Of a DNA stretch of 64,000 nt, positions 63,201 to 64,000 are shown one piece after another. The position numbers and the translations under genes are program-made. Numbering within the stretch: position 1 is the first letter of the stretch; each line of letters opens with the position of its first letter. This stretch comes from Laetmonice hystrix (taxonomy: Eukaryota), in contig OZ249446.1 of NCBI GenBank assembly GCA_965235115.1, positions 930,001 through 994,000 of the forward strand. Direction: 5' to 3'. The notes under the pieces are model-generated. The model was not told the DNA's origin and did no database searches. It was given only the letters and a program-made list of their open reading frames with translations.

Positions 63201-64000
63201 GCGTCTATATACATAAAGAGTGAACCTAACTCTGTATGAGAGCGTCTACATACATAAAGAGTGAACCTAACTCTGTATGAGAGCGTCTATATACATAAAG
63301 AGTGAACCTAACTCTGTATGAGAGCGTCTATATACATAAAGAGTGAACCTAACTCTGTATGAGAGCGTCTATATACATGTACATAAAGAGTGAACCTAAC
63401 TCTGTATGAGAGCGTCTATATACATGTACATAAAGAGTGAACCTAACTCTGTATGAGAGCGTCTATATACATAAAGAGTGAACCTAACTCTGTATAAGAG
63501 CGTCTATATACATAAAGAGTGAACCTAACTCTGTATGAGAGCGTCTATATACATAAAGAGTGAACCTAACTCTGTATAAGAGCGTCTATATACATAAAGA
63601 GTGAACCTAACTCTGTATGAGAGCGTCTATATACATAAAGAGTGAACCTAACTCTGTATAAGAGCGTCTATATACATAAAGAGTGAACCTAACTCTGTAT
63701 AAGAGCGTCTATATACATAAAGAGTGAACCTAACTCTGTATGAGAGCGTCTATATACATAAAGAGTGAACCTAACTCTGTATGAGAGCGTCTATATACAT
63801 AAAGAGTGAACCTAACTCTGTATGAGAGCGTCTATATACATAAAGAGTGAACCTAACTCTGTATGAGAGCGTCTATATACATAAAGAGTGAACCTAACTC
63901 TGTATGAGAGCGTCTATATACATAAAGAGTGACACTAACTCTGTATGAGAGCGTCTATATACATAAAGAGTGAACCTAACTCTCTATGAGAGCGTCTACA
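60245..64000. repeat. Large satellite, 41-bp unit ACATAAAGAGTGAACCTAACTCTGTATGAGAGCGTCTATAT, with higher-order structure (runs off the window end)
   Basis: About 90 copies with recurring variant monomers. Confidence 0.98.

Noticed and set aside
1-64000. CRISPR arrays
   Set aside because: All arrays are head-to-tail tandem monomers with no unique spacers, there are no cas genes, and the context is eukaryotic with spliceosomal introns.
1-64000. Apparent excess of monomer lengths divisible by three
   Set aside because: Roughly 14-15 of about 30 against about 10 expected is not convincing, and many large arrays (41, 43, 67, 106 bp) are not multiples of three.

Overview
This is eukaryotic (animal) genomic DNA, probably mollusc or other lophotrochozoan. 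That taxon call is an inference from a V-domain tRNA-derived SINE and frequent TACATGTA motifs. About half of the window (roughly 32 kb by my tally) is a mosaic of about 30 mutually unrelated minisatellite or satellite arrays with units of 21-170 bp, plus several short local duplications. Nearly all long ORFs in the supplied track are artefacts of these arrays. One complete gene is well supported: a two-exon, minus-strand Ptf1a-family bHLH gene (exon 1 CDS 44400-43920, exon 2 CDS 41202-41015, 222 aa) with a TATA/CCAAT promoter, the HSLSW motif and a WxP RBPJ/Su(H)-binding motif, but a divergent bHLH loop. Also present are the last coding exon of a single-pass membrane protein with two PPxY motifs (1749-2290), a full-length V-SINE with a 16-bp TSD, two or three non-autonomous TIR elements (one splitting a satellite monomer), several orphan promoter-like motif clusters and two assembly gaps. 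I found no CRISPR, rRNA or genuine tRNA genes, and no evidence for a wholly new multi-gene system. The best leads are the divergent Ptf1a, its satellite-rich upstream region and the satellite architecture itself.
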